Shown here piece after piece: positions 10,173 to 20,126 of a DNA stretch of 64,000 bases. This DNA comes from Bryobacterales bacterium (lineage in GTDB: Bacteria > Acidobacteriota > Terriglobia > Bryobacterales > UBA6623). The notes below the pieces were generated by a model. The model was given only the letters and a program-made list of their open reading frames with translations. It made no database searches and was not told the origin of the DNA. The position numbers were made by a program, and so were the translations under genes. The stretch covers positions 6,279,364 to 6,343,363 of the forward strand of contig OZ250179.1 in assembly GCA_965238125.1 (NCBI GenBank). Direction: 5' to 3'. Numbering within the stretch: the first letter of the stretch is position 1; each line of letters starts with the position of its first letter.

Positions 10173-11312
10173 TTATGCGGGATTGAGGGCGCGCGGGTCG
10201 CGGCGCAGCAACACGTCGGCGATTCGTTGACAGGCGAGGCCGTCGCCGAAGGGGCTGTGGCGCCGGGCCATCCGCTCGTAATGCGCCGCGTCGTCGAGCA
10301 GGCGCGACGATTCACGGACAATCGTGGCGGGATCGGTGCCGGTGAGCACAGCCGTGCCGGCCTCGACGGCTTCGGGGCGTTCGGTGTTGTCGCGCAGCAC
10401 CAGCACGGGCTTGCCCAGCGTAGGGGCTTCCTCTTGGATACCGCCCGAATCCGTCAGGATGAAGCGAGCCCGCCCCATCAAATCGATCAACTCCACATAG
10501 CCGAGCGGGTCGACAAGGGTAATGCCGGGGCTCTCCGCGAGCAGCCGCCGGACCGGGTCGGCCAAGGCCGGGTTCGGGTGGACCGGGTAGACGAGCTGCA
10601 CGTCGTCGCGCGAAGCCAACTCAATCAGCGCTTTGCAGATTTGTTCCACTCCCGGGCCGAAGCTTTCGCGGCGGTGGGCCGTGACGAGAATCAATTGGCG
10701 CCCCGATTCGAGGAAGCTCCATTCGGGAACGGTCGCGCGGCCGCTTTCGATCGCTTCGCGGGCCCACAGCAGGGCGTCCACGCCTGTGTTGCCCGTCACG
10801 AAGATCGACTCCGGCGGTACACCTTCCGCGGCGAGACTGTCGGCGGCGCGCTCGGTGGGGGCGAAGTGTAAGTCCGCCAGGCAGCCGGTCAGGCGGCGGT
10901 TCATTTCCTCGGGGAAAGGGCTGCGCCGCCGGCCGGTACGCAGGCCGGCCTCGACGTGGCCGATCGGGATCGCCTGATAGAAAGCCGCCAACGCCGCGGC
11001 AAAGGCTGTCGTCGTGTCGCCTTGGACGAAGACTATGTCGGGGCGTTCCCCGGCGAGGACGTCCGTTATCCCGCTCAGCACCCGCGCCGTAAGTTGGGGC
11101 AGCGTCTGCTCGGGCTGCATAAGGTCCAAATCGTGGTCCGGCGTCAACTCGAACGTCGTCAACACCTGATGGAGCAAGTCGCGATGTTGCGCACTGACGC
11201 ACGTACGCACCTCGAACCGCTCCGGCTGTGCGGCGAGGCAGCGAACCAGGGGAGCAAGCTTGATCGCTTCGGGACGGGTTCCAAAGGCAATCAGGACACG
11301 CAGCGGCGGCAT
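10173..11312 (-). CDS. wecB: UDP-N-acetylglucosamine 2-epimerase (non-hydrolysing)
   Basis: FGTRPEAIK, VQGDTTT, HVEAGLRT, PFPEEMNR, HRRES, TDSGGIQEEAP. Confidence 0.96.
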   Translation of the reverse strand: MPPLRVLIAFGTRPEAIKLAPLVRCLAAQPERFEVRTCVSAQHRDLLHQVLTTFELTPDHDLDLMQPEQTLPQLTARVLSGITDVLAGERPDIVFVQGDTTTAFAAALAAFYQAIPIGHVEAGLRTGRRRSPFPEEMNRRLTGCLADLHFAPTERAADSLAAEGVPPESIFVTGNTGVDALLWAREAIESGRATVPEWSFLESGRQLILVTAHRRESFGPGVEQICKALIELASRDDVQLVYPVHPNPALADPVRRLLAESPGITLVDPLGYVELIDLMGRARFILTDSGGIQEEAPTLGKPVLVLRDNTERPEAVEAGTAVLTGTDPATIVRESSRLLDDAAHYERMARRHSPFGDGLACQRIADVLLRRDPRALNPA

Positions 11313-11313
11313 C

Positions 11314-12159
11314 TCAGTTCATCATCGCCTGCAGAGCCTGCAGGCCGGCGACGTACTTTTGCACTTCATCGATGTCGGAAGCTTCGGGAGAGAGTGCCAG
11401 GTACTGCTCGAAGTCACGGCGAGCCCGAGACAAGTCGCGAATCTGGTAATGCATGAGAGCCCGCTGTTTGTGCAGCTCGGCGTCTGTGGGATCAAGAGCG
11501 CTGAGCAGATAGAGAATCTGCGCCGCCTTACGATACTGCTCTCCGCTGGTGTAGATTCCCCGCAAGTTCCCCAACATGCGCTGGATGACGGCTCGCTCGG
11601 TGACGGCGCCGAAGTCGATGTCTTCCACCGCAACCGCTTTGCCCAACACCGACAACGCCCGCTCGACGCAGCTGGGGCGGTCGAGAATCTCACCGCCGTA
11701 AAACGAGTCGACAAAGAGAAGCGTATCGCCGTCGTCGTACTTCACCACGAAATGGCCCGGCAACCCGACGCCGAAGAATGGCAGGTTCAGCCGTCGCGCC
11801 ATGTCCAAGTAGACGACCGACAGAGTGATGGGAATGCCCATCCTGCGCTCGATTACATCATTGAGCAAGCTGTTGCGTGGGTCGTAATAGTCTTTCGTAT
11901 TGCCCTGGAAGCCCTCTTGATCGAACAAGAAGCGGTTGAGTGTTTGAATGACGTGGGGGGGTGAGCGGTCGGCCTCGAACTTTGGGGCGACGGTTTCGGC
12001 GAGGGCTTGCAACTTGTGCAAGCAAGCTTCGATATCGAGCGTTGGATATTCGAGCCTCGCCACCAGCAAGGCGGCTCTCGTCAAATCGGCCGCGAAGTCT
12101 TGCTTGGCGAACAGAGCCGCGAGGTCTTCGGCGACGAGGTTTGTGTTCGACATCGACAC
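11314..12159 (-). CDS. SirB1/transglutaminase-like protein with C-terminal TPR
   Basis: FQGNTKDYYDPRNSLLNDVIERRMGIPITLS, GVGLPGHF, RMLGNL. Confidence 0.88.
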   Translation of the reverse strand: MSMSNTNLVAEDLAALFAKQDFAADLTRAALLVARLEYPTLDIEACLHKLQALAETVAPKFEADRSPPHVIQTLNRFLFDQEGFQGNTKDYYDPRNSLLNDVIERRMGIPITLSVVYLDMARRLNLPFFGVGLPGHFVVKYDDGDTLLFVDSFYGGEILDRPSCVERALSVLGKAVAVEDIDFGAVTERAVIQRMLGNLRGIYTSGEQYRKAAQILYLLSALDPTDAELHKQRALMHYQIRDLSRARRDFEQYLALSPEASDIDEVQKYVAGLQALQAMMN

Positions 12160-12423
12160 AGTTTCCGGGACTACGGTTGCCGGGGTTTGGGATCGCTCCG
12201 CCGGTTCCGGCCCTAACTCGTGACCGACCGGTCAAACGTGTTCAGGGCCGCGTAAGTTTCAGATTAACATGCAGTTTAGGCAATCCCCAACGAGATATTC
12301 ACCCTAAACCGGCCATCATTTTTGTCTTGCCGCGGCCCCGCCGGCGCCTCTACACGGGCGCTCATTTGCCAACGCCTCCATGGGGATGGGAGAATTGCTT
12401 TCTTCCCATCGAGGAGTCCAGCC

Positions 12424-13968
12424 ATGAAGCGTGCCTTGCTCAGCGTTACCGACAAGACCGGCCTTGTCGACTTCGCCCAAAAACTCGCCGCGCATCAGAT
12501 CGAACTGATCTCGACCGGAGGGACCGCCCGGCTGTTGCGCCAGGCCGGCCTCGCCGTGCGGGATGTCACCGAGTTGACCGGCTTCCCGGAGATGCTCGAC
12601 GGGCGGGTCAAGACGCTGCACCCGAAAGTGGCGGGCGGTATCTTGGCGATTCGCTCGAACTCCGATCATATGGGCGCGCTCGAGCAACACGGCATCAGCT
12701 CGATCGATATGGTTGTCGTCAACCTCTACGCGTTCGAGAAGACGGCCGCGCGCGAGGGTGTCAGGTTCGACGAGATCATCGAGAACATCGACATCGGCGG
12801 GCCGACGATGATTCGCGCGGCGGCCAAGAACTTCAGCGACGTCGCGATCGTCACCGACCCGGAAGACTACGAACGTATTGGAACCGAACTCGACGCCGGC
12901 GGGGGTGCCTTGCCGGCCGAGACGCATTGGTATTTGGCGCAAAGGGCCTTTGCCCTCACGGCGGCCTACGATCGGGCCATCAGCTCGAAGCTCGAGAGCA
13001 TTGATCCTTCGGGTGCCCCGGAACCGGAACCCGCCGACGCTTTGCCGGCGATCCTCGACGTCCGAATCGCGAAGACGGCCCAGCTGCGCTACGGCGAGAA
13101 CCCGCACCAAAGCGCCGCGCTCTACGCCTCGGGCCAAGGTGGAATCGCTGCGGCCAGGAAGCTTCACGGCAAGGAGCTGTCCTTCAACAACCTGGTGGAT
13201 CTCGACGCGGCTTGGCAGCTCATTCAGGAGTTCGAAGACCCGGCGGCAGCCGTGATCAAGCACACCAACCCCTGCGGTTGCGCCGAGCAGACATCGGCCG
13301 CAGAAGCGTTTCGCAAAGCGCTCGAATGTGACCCGATCTCGGCCTTCGGCTCGGTGTTGGCCTTCAACCGCGAGCTCGACGCCGAGGCGGCCGAGGAAGT
13401 CTCAAAGCTGTTCGTCGAGGCGATTGCCGCGCCGGGGTATGCCCCGGAAGCTCTAGCCATTCTCACCAAGAAGAAGAACCTACGGCTGCTCGAAGTCGGC
13501 GCCGAGCCCGCCGGCCCGGCGATCAAAAGCATCTCGGGCGGCTTCCTGGCGCAGTCCCAAGACGGGCTTTCGTGGATCGGGGACCAGTTGCAAATCGTCA
13601 CCGAACGCCCGCCGACCGACGATGAGATGAAGGCGCTCGCTTTTGGCTGGAAGATCGTCAAGCACGTCAAGTCGAACGCCATCGTCTATGTGCGCGGCGG
13701 CCAGACGGTCGGCGTCGGAGCGGGCCAGATGAGCCGCGTGGACGCTGCCCGCATCGGGGCGTCGAAGGCCGTCCTGCCGCTCGAGGGGACCGTGGTCGGC
13801 TCCGACGCCTTCTTCCCTTTCGCCGACGGCGTCGAGGAGATCGCCAAGCACGGCGTCACCGCGATCGTGCAGCCCGGCGGATCGAAGCGCGATCAAGAAG
13901 TGATCGACGCCGTCAATCGGCTCGGGCTGGCGATGGTCTTCACCGGTATCCGCCACTTCCGGCACTGA
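12424..13968 (+). CDS. purH: Bifunctional AICAR transformylase/IMP cyclohydrolase
   Basis: MKRALLSVTDKTG, GRVKTLHP, IDIGGPTM, LRYGENPHQ, KHVKSNAI, SDAFFPF, GIRHFRH. Confidence 0.98.
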   Translation: MKRALLSVTDKTGLVDFAQKLAAHQIELISTGGTARLLRQAGLAVRDVTELTGFPEMLDGRVKTLHPKVAGGILAIRSNSDHMGALEQHGISSIDMVVVNLYAFEKTAAREGVRFDEIIENIDIGGPTMIRAAAKNFSDVAIVTDPEDYERIGTELDAGGGALPAETHWYLAQRAFALTAAYDRAISSKLESIDPSGAPEPEPADALPAILDVRIAKTAQLRYGENPHQSAALYASGQGGIAAARKLHGKELSFNNLVDLDAAWQLIQEFEDPAAAVIKHTNPCGCAEQTSAAEAFRKALECDPISAFGSVLAFNRELDAEAAEEVSKLFVEAIAAPGYAPEALAILTKKKNLRLLEVGAEPAGPAIKSISGGFLAQSQDGLSWIGDQLQIVTERPPTDDEMKALAFGWKIVKHVKSNAIVYVRGGQTVGVGAGQMSRVDAARIGASKAVLPLEGTVVGSDAFFPFADGVEEIAKHGVTAIVQPGGSKRDQEVIDAVNRLGLAMVFTGIRHFRH

Positions 13969-14103
13969 GCCGTGATCCTTCAATTGGGGCGGATTCGCGG
14001 CGACACAAGCTGAGAGCTTGTCTCAACCGGGGCTAGGACAAACACTCGTGTTTGTCGCTACCGAGCGGCCCTTCGCGCGGAATCAACCTGGGCGCGGCTC
14101 GAT

Positions 14104-14430
14104 CTACCCTGAAGCCCGGTCGTCGGGAGGCTTGCGAACGGCTCGGGTGATGGCGTCGCCGTGCAGCCGGCGGGCAACCCGCAAGTCGTAGTCGAGCTGT
14201 AGGCCGAGCCAGGATTCAGCCGAGACGTCGAAGTAGGCCTCCAGGCGCAAGGCCGTGTCGGCAGTGGCTGAGCGCTTCCCGTGAATGATGCCGTGGATGC
14301 GGTTGGGCGGGACGTCCAAATCACGCGCCAGCTTGTTGATGCTGAGCCCGAGCGGCTTCATGAATTCATCGCGCAGGACCTCGCCGGGATGAATGGCGTC
14401 GGTGGGGGCGTCGGCCATTACGTACATCAT
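14104..14430 (-). CDS. higA: HigA/VapI-family antitoxin (HTH), no adjacent toxin
   Basis: IHPGEVLRDEFMKPLGLSINKLARDL..NRIHGIIHGKR..TADTALRL..WLGLQLDYDL. Confidence 0.88.
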   Translation of the reverse strand: MMYVMADAPTDAIHPGEVLRDEFMKPLGLSINKLARDLDVPPNRIHGIIHGKRSATADTALRLEAYFDVSAESWLGLQLDYDLRVARRLHGDAITRAVRKPPDDRASG

Positions 14431-14609
14431 AATACTTTTATTGGAATGAATGCCATTTGTTTGTCGGCCCAGGGTGGAAGCTACTCCCGGAGGACTATTA
14501 TGTAACTCGTAATACTTTATTCATAATGCTGTGATCTTACTGCAATTAACTTGGTTACGCTTCTCACCACAGCGGAGTTGGGAGAGGCGGAAGGGTAAGC
14601 TGGTCTTGG

Positions 14610-15260
14610 GTGATCCAGGGGCTGACGCCCCTGGCCGGCATTAAATGGCCCCACGACACGGCCCAGGCCGTCTCGCGGCGGCGGCGGTGCAGCGCGAGCT
14701 TCGTAGTTCCGGCATTCGGACTTTTCTTCAAGTTGTTGATATGGCTTGGTTTGATCTATTCTTGGCTTCGTTTCGCAAAATCGACGGAGCCGGCTAGGCG
14801 TTCCCATTTCGCGCCTACTTGGGATATGCCCGACGGCTGCCGGATATCGTAGCGACGAGGTTGGGTGAGGTGGAAAGGCAATCTTGCAAGTTGTTGATAT
14901 AGATTGGTTTGATTCATTCTTGGCTTCGTTTCGCAAAAACTCGCTGGAACCGGTTCGGCACCCCCGCCAGGTGATCCAGGGGCTGACGCCCGGGCTGGTA
15001 TTCATGGACCGGCCACATGGCCCAGGCTGTGTTGCCACAGTCGCGGAAGATTCGAGATCGGCCATTTCTCTGTCCGTGTCTTTGCTTGCAAGTTATTGAT
15101 ATATCGTGGCTTGATCCGTTCTTGGCTTCGTTTCGCAAAATCGATGAAGCAGGCTGGTGATTCCCCTTGTGGCTCTCGCTTGGGATGGAGTCGGCGGCTG
15201 TTGGGCTCCCCTCGGCGAGATGCCGGAGGTGGGGGACAAGAAGTTGGTCCTGGGCAAGCC
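14610..15260. repeat. Three 52-bp direct repeats within a diverged ~360-bp tandem duplication
   Basis: CAAGTT(G/A)TTGATAT...TTCTTGGCTTCGTTTCGCAAAA at 14729-14780, 14887-14938 and 15089-15140; GTGATCCAGGGGCTGACGCCC at 14610 and 14971. Confidence 0.85.
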
Positions 15261-15578
15261 AGGAGGTATCAATAAAACCCACGGCAACCCGGCAGACGGT
15301 CTTCACTCGGCCCCACTGTTTTGTTCTATATTATTCGTTTCCATATCCGCGCCGCCTCCCGGCCGGTCCTCACATGAGCCCTTCAAGCCGCCTGGCTGTC
15401 TTCCCGAAGGGGCTTGGCCGCGAGCCTTGCAAGTTCAGAATCGGGAGCCTTCCCTTCAAGTGGTCCCGGCGCTGAAAGGGGACTTTCGGAAGAGTTCCGT
15501 TTCTCATGAATCCGCGGATTCATGACACCGTCATGAAAACGGGCGTCGGACGGCCGAAGGGTTAGGCTGGAGCTTCCT

Positions 15579-15675
15579 GCCGCCCTTTCAGGGCTCGCCT
15601 GGGTGGGGGTTTCACCCAGGGTTCCGCCGTTCCGGCTCCACCCTGGGCTATATTCCCGCCGCCGCTTCGCGGCTC
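15579..15675 (+). repeat. REP-like family A (~95 bp, multi-hairpin)
   Basis: GCCCTTTCAGGGC...CCCAGGGTTCCGCC..CGGCTCCACCCTGGGCTAT...CCGCTTCGCGGCT; copies at 25256, 25570 (partial), 29229, 39428 (reverse) and 48009. Confidence 0.85.
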
Positions 15676-15764
15676 AAGGTGTTCGCGGTCTTGCCGGACA
15701 TCAACGTAACACACAATACCCTCGACGAGGCTGGTAATGCACAATACCCGAAGGCTATTTTCGG

Positions 15765-15871
15765 AGGAGGGGTTTCGGAACAGTTCACTCCGCGCCAACC
15801 AAATCTTGGCGATCCAAATAGAACTTATTCGGAAGGCGCTCGGGACAGTCCGCATTTCTTCACAGCTCCTC
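15765..15871 (+). repeat. REP-like family C (GGGACAGTCC), degenerate copy
   Basis: GAACTTATTCGG..GGCGCTCGGGACAGTCCGCATTTCTTCACAGC, matching 22876-22975 and 49504-49616. Confidence 0.7.
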
Positions 15872-16002
15872 AGGTTAGCGGTGCTGTCAAGCAGATGTCC
15901 CTTGCGTTTGAAGAGGCTTCTCTTGCACCCGGCGGCGGATGCGCGGTCCACTCCTTCGATCGACGGTAGGGATCTGGTATTCTGAACTTCTCAGCGGGTC
16001 CC

Positions 16003-17454
16003 ATGGCGCGCAGAACCCTTTTTCTCAATCCCCCATCTTTTGAAAACTTCGACGGCGGTGCGAGCTCCCGCTGGCCCGCCACGCGCGAGATCGAATCCTA
16101 TTGGTATCCCATCTGGCTGTGCTACCCGGCGGGAATGCTGCCCGACAGCAAGGTCGTTGACGCTCCTCCGCATAAGATCACGCCGGAGCAGACGATCGAA
16201 ATGGTGAGGGATTTCGACTTCCTCGTGCTGTTTACGTCAACGCCGGGATTCGAAAACGACACTTTGCTGGCCGAGCGGATGAAACGGGTCAGCCCCGATC
16301 TCACGATCTGTTTCGTCGGTCCCCATGTCACCGCGCTGCCCGAGCCGAGCCTCGACGCCTCGCCCGCGATCGATTTCATCGTGCGCAAGGAGTTCGATCA
16401 AGCCGTCGTCGACTTCGCCAACGGCAAAGCGCTTGCAGAGATTCCGAGCGTCAGCTACCGAAAAGACGGCGGCTTTGTCCATAACCGGCAGGCGCCCGAG
16501 ATCGAGAATCTCGATGAGCTGCCTTGGGTGACGAAGACCTACAAGCGCGACCTCGATATCAGCCGCTACAACGTCCCTTTCCTGCTGCATCCGTATTTGG
16601 CGTTCTACACAGAGCGCGGCTGCCCGGCGCTGTGTACGTTCTGCCTGTGGCCGCAGACGCTCTCGGGACACCGCTGGCGCACGCGGTCGGCGGAGGATGT
16701 CGCGGCGGAAGTCCAATGGACGCTCGGCAATTTCGCGGGGTTGCGCGAGATCTTCTTCGACGACGATACCTTCAACATTCGCAAGTCGCGAGTGATCGAG
16801 CTGTGCGAGAAGCTCAAGCCGCTGAACTTTACGTGGTCCTGCACATCGCGCGTCACGGTCGACTACGAAACCCTCAAGGCCATGAAGGACGCCGGGTGCC
16901 GGCTGCTGATCGTCGGTTACGAGTCGGGCGACCCGCGGATCCTCAAGAACATCAAGAAGGGCGCGACCGTCGCGCAAGCCGAGCGCTTCACGAAGAACTG
17001 CAAGAAAATCGGGCTGGTCGTCCACGGTGACTACATTGTCGGGTTGCCGGGCGAGACGCGGGAATCGATCCGCCGCACGATCGACTTCGCCAAGAGAATG
17101 GACACCGAGACGATTCAAGTTGCGGTTGCTCACCCCTATCCGGGAACCGAGTTTTACGAGTACGTCGAGTCTAATCGCCTGATTACGCCCGACAGCATGA
17201 CCGACGAAGGCGGGCACCAGCTGCCGAACATCGTCTACGGGGATCTCGATCAAGCGGAGATCATGGATTGGGTCGAGCGCTTCTACGATGAATATTACTT
17301 CCGGCCGCGGGTGGCTTGGAGGATCGTGCGCAAAGCCATCTTCAACCGCAAGGAGCGGCGCCGGCTCTACAAGGAGGCCCGCGAGTATCTTTCCCTGCGG
17401 GCCAAGCGGCAACGCTTCGTCAAGCAACGGCGCTACGACAATCAGGCGGCCTGA
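16003..17454 (+). CDS. hpnJ: Hopanoid biosynthesis-associated radical SAM protein HpnJ
   Basis: TLFLNPPSFENFDGGASSRWPATREIESYWYP, RGCPALCTFCLWPQT, FFDDDTF, HPYPGT. Confidence 0.93.
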   Translation: MARRTLFLNPPSFENFDGGASSRWPATREIESYWYPIWLCYPAGMLPDSKVVDAPPHKITPEQTIEMVRDFDFLVLFTSTPGFENDTLLAERMKRVSPDLTICFVGPHVTALPEPSLDASPAIDFIVRKEFDQAVVDFANGKALAEIPSVSYRKDGGFVHNRQAPEIENLDELPWVTKTYKRDLDISRYNVPFLLHPYLAFYTERGCPALCTFCLWPQTLSGHRWRTRSAEDVAAEVQWTLGNFAGLREIFFDDDTFNIRKSRVIELCEKLKPLNFTWSCTSRVTVDYETLKAMKDAGCRLLIVGYESGDPRILKNIKKGATVAQAERFTKNCKKIGLVVHGDYIVGLPGETRESIRRTIDFAKRMDTETIQVAVAHPYPGTEFYEYVESNRLITPDSMTDEGGHQLPNIVYGDLDQAEIMDWVERFYDEYYFRPRVAWRIVRKAIFNRKERRRLYKEAREYLSLRAKRQRFVKQRRYDNQAA

Positions 17455-17615
17455 GGGCGGCGCGCTTTCCGCATCGTGAGAAGCAACGTTGCCCGCATCG
17501 CGCGAGGTGCGATTCCAGCCGGGGACGTGTTAATTTTGTTACTGCGGCTAAGACAAGTACGCCCGCTAAAACTTGCCGGAAATGATATTACGGATGATCG
17601 GGTACGCGCCGGCTT

Positions 17616-18692
17616 TCACGGTGTGGCACCGCGTAGGCTGTGATACTGCACATCCGGGAGCACAAGAACCTCCTGGGAGAAATTCCACCCGGAGGACCCA
17701 ACCATTTTCTTAGCAATCTTCCCCAGTTCGGAAGGCTGAGTTTCCCTGTAGCGCTCGGGCAGCGCAAAATTTTCACCGTCCGGCTCTCCCTCGGTGACGG
17801 TCACCACGTCGTTGACGGCGCCGACATATCTTACGCCTGTCTCACCGTCAACCCGCCAAATGGTGGATCTCAGCTCGTAGCAGTCGAGTTCCGGGGCAAC
17901 CCACACTTCATAGGACGCGTCCGACCATCCGCCGTATTTGTGCTTGAGCACCTCGTAGCCGAGGATATTGTTGTGTTCCGTCTCGGGATCCGCTTCGAAA
18001 GCGGACAACAGAATCAAGCAACGTGCCGGGGCGGTTTCGCTCCACATGGAGCCGCCCGCTTCGTCTTCTTGGGGAATCCGGTGTGAGCTGATCAGGCGAT
18101 GTTCCGGCAGGACGACCGCGTAGACGTCGGCGGCCTGATCATCGATCGTTCTGATCTGTACTTGCTCTGGTTGGCGGCTGGGACCCGCAATCTGTCCACG
18201 GCTCGCTTTAGCTTTTGATCCGTCGCTGCGGAAAACCTCCACGACCGTCGCCGCTCCGCGCTCAACGCCATTCCTGTCGAAGATCCTGAAGTGCCTGGTG
18301 GCTGTAAAGGCCTTCTGCACCCGGGCAGCTTCATTCTGTGTCCCATCGACCCCGTTGCGCTCCCATAACACTGCATAGGCAACAAAGCCCAGGGTGACCA
18401 GGGCGCCCGTTGCCGCTATCATTCGCCACCTTGTCGGCAACGGCACTTTCTCGTCCTCCCGCCTTTCTTGTTCCGCCGAATGAGATAGGGCAATCTCAGA
18501 TGGGGTGCCGAACTTCCCGGTCGCCTGCTGCTCAGCTTCGGTCTCGGGCACACCGCTTGCCTTCAACTGTTCGACGGCCGCGCGCAAGTGATCTTCCGCT
18601 TCGGCAAGGACACGGTCCCGGACAGCGGGATCCCCCGACAACCTATCTCGTAGCTCGGCCAGGAAATCCTGGATGTCAAGGCGAGGGGTCAC
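17616..18692 (-). CDS. Membrane-anchored protein with N-terminal permease-prefix (HAAS-like) domain and extracytoplasmic domain
   Basis: VLAEAEDHLRAAVEQLKASGVPETEAEQQATGKFGTP, one TM helix; GTGA overlap with the padR stop. Confidence 0.75.
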   Translation of the reverse strand: MTPRLDIQDFLAELRDRLSGDPAVRDRVLAEAEDHLRAAVEQLKASGVPETEAEQQATGKFGTPSEIALSHSAEQERREDEKVPLPTRWRMIAATGALVTLGFVAYAVLWERNGVDGTQNEAARVQKAFTATRHFRIFDRNGVERGAATVVEVFRSDGSKAKASRGQIAGPSRQPEQVQIRTIDDQAADVYAVVLPEHRLISSHRIPQEDEAGGSMWSETAPARCLILLSAFEADPETEHNNILGYEVLKHKYGGWSDASYEVWVAPELDCYELRSTIWRVDGETGVRYVGAVNDVVTVTEGEPDGENFALPERYRETQPSELGKIAKKMVGSSGWNFSQEVLVLPDVQYHSLRGATP

Positions 18693-19012
18693 GAGGCCGG
18701 CTCCAGCGTGGCCGTCACGGCTCGTGAAAACTTCGGCCACTCTTGGCGGTGTTGCGCTAGGGCACGACGCCCTTTCAGGGTGAGTTTATACAGACAGCGG
18801 CGGCGGCCTGCATGACGCGACCACCGGCTCGCGAGAAATCCTGCTCGTTCCAGACGATGGAGCGCCGGGTAAACGGTCCCCTCCGGCAGGTCAAGAGCCC
18901 CTCCGCTGCGTCTGTGCAGCTGTTGAATGACGGCGTACCCATGCGTCGCCTGCGATTCCACGGAGGCGAAGATAAGGAAGTCGAGGTGACCCTTCAGGAG
19001 CTGACCGTGCAT
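18689..19012 (-). CDS. PadR-family transcriptional regulator
   Basis: LLKGHLDFLI...HGYAVIQQL...EGTVYPALHRLERAG. Confidence 0.93.
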   Translation of the reverse strand: MHGQLLKGHLDFLIFASVESQATHGYAVIQQLHRRSGGALDLPEGTVYPALHRLERAGFLASRWSRHAGRRRCLYKLTLKGRRALAQHRQEWPKFSRAVTATLEPAS

Positions 19013-19050
19013 ACCTAGTTATGCTAGGTTAAGAGCCGCCGCGCTGTCAA
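19013..19050 (-). promoter_or_regulatory. Sigma70-type promoter with overlapping palindromic operator (leaderless padR)
   Basis: Minus strand: TTGACA-18 nt-TAGCAT-8 nt-ATG; palindrome ACCTAG-N5-CTAGGT at 19013-19029. Confidence 0.75.
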
Positions 19051-19109
19051 GGGTTAGAGGGCGGCGTTGCGCCACTTCCGAGGTCGCCCGCGGAGCCGGG
19101 CGAAATAAG

Positions 19110-19919
19110 CTAAGGGCTCGCGCTGGAGCGCACGCGTATATTCTCCGGCGGCTCGGTCAACCACACGCGATTTCCCTGCACTTTCACTAGATCATGCATT
19201 CCCTGTTCCTCCATCGTGGAGAGGATGTCGACACGTTCGTTGCCGTGTTCCAGGAAGCGCACGAACTTGCTCAGCCCGGTTTGGTTTCGCAAATACTTCT
19301 CGAGCCGCCGCCAAATCTTCGGCCAAATCGGTGGGATATCGTCAAGATCTTCCTTGCGCTGCACCCGAACGCCGTCACCGGTGCTGTCGATTGGCCAGTA
19401 TCCGCGGTTGTGGCTTCTCGCGTCGGCTAGAGCAACTGTGAGCTCCTCTCGCAAGGAAGCGAAAAGCGTGTTGTAGTAAAGCGGATAGGCGAACCCGTCG
19501 CGAAGCTGGCGGAAATTCACCGAATCCCGAAGCATCGTCTCGTCTAAAAAGACATCGGACCCGTCCTGGCGGCTCGTGCCGCCGACGAAAAGAAAACTAA
19601 TCGGACGCCCGCGGGTGTCCGCCATGCGAGAGAGGACAAAACCGCGCGGTTCGGGGTTCGTGTCGCGATCGAAGCCGATCACGTCCAACATGTTGTCCCG
19701 CGACTGGGTGGCGAGTGGTTCGATCGCAGCCTTTTCGATCGAGTCAATTCCCTCGAAGCGGAGCTGCACCGTGTCTCGTGTCCGCGTGCCGGTTCCCAGC
19801 ACCACCCGACGCCGCAGACCCTGCCATAAGTTGAGATCGTTGGCGAGGAAGCGAACAGAGTCGCCGTCCGGACGTCCGGCTTTCGGGTGAAAGCGACCTT
19901 TAATCAGCTTGAAAGGCAT
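19110..19919 (-). CDS. Thermonuclease (SNase-like) domain protein
   Basis: PDGDSVRF, QLRFEGIDSIE, DTRGRPISF, SVNFRQLRDGFAYPLYY, ARSHNRGYW. Confidence 0.75.
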   Translation of the reverse strand: MPFKLIKGRFHPKAGRPDGDSVRFLANDLNLWQGLRRRVVLGTGTRTRDTVQLRFEGIDSIEKAAIEPLATQSRDNMLDVIGFDRDTNPEPRGFVLSRMADTRGRPISFLFVGGTSRQDGSDVFLDETMLRDSVNFRQLRDGFAYPLYYNTLFASLREELTVALADARSHNRGYWPIDSTGDGVRVQRKEDLDDIPPIWPKIWRRLEKYLRNQTGLSKFVRFLEHGNERVDILSTMEEQGMHDLVKVQGNRVWLTEPPENIRVRSSASP

Positions 19920-20126
19920 GAGTTGGTTCTCCCTGAAGAGCGCTTCGGCTCCCCGTTCGTTGCACTTACCTTATTACGCGAGATTCAGGGTAGAAATGGG
20001 CCAAAGCTCAAGAAGTCCGGCGGGGGGCCATGGTCGCGGCTCCCGAATTCTTCGGCCGGGGGCAACTTCTCCAAACCAGCTTGTTACCATGGGGAAAACC
20101 GTTGGGGAGGAGGGGTGCGGCGGGCT

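Noticed and set aside
14729-15140. CRISPR array
   Set aside because: Repeats are 52 bp with variable middles, spacers are 106 and 150 bp and partly homologous to flanking DNA, and no cas genes are present.
15679-15985. Small ORFs upstream of hpnJ
   Set aside because: They largely overlap a degenerate family C repeat and show no protein motifs.
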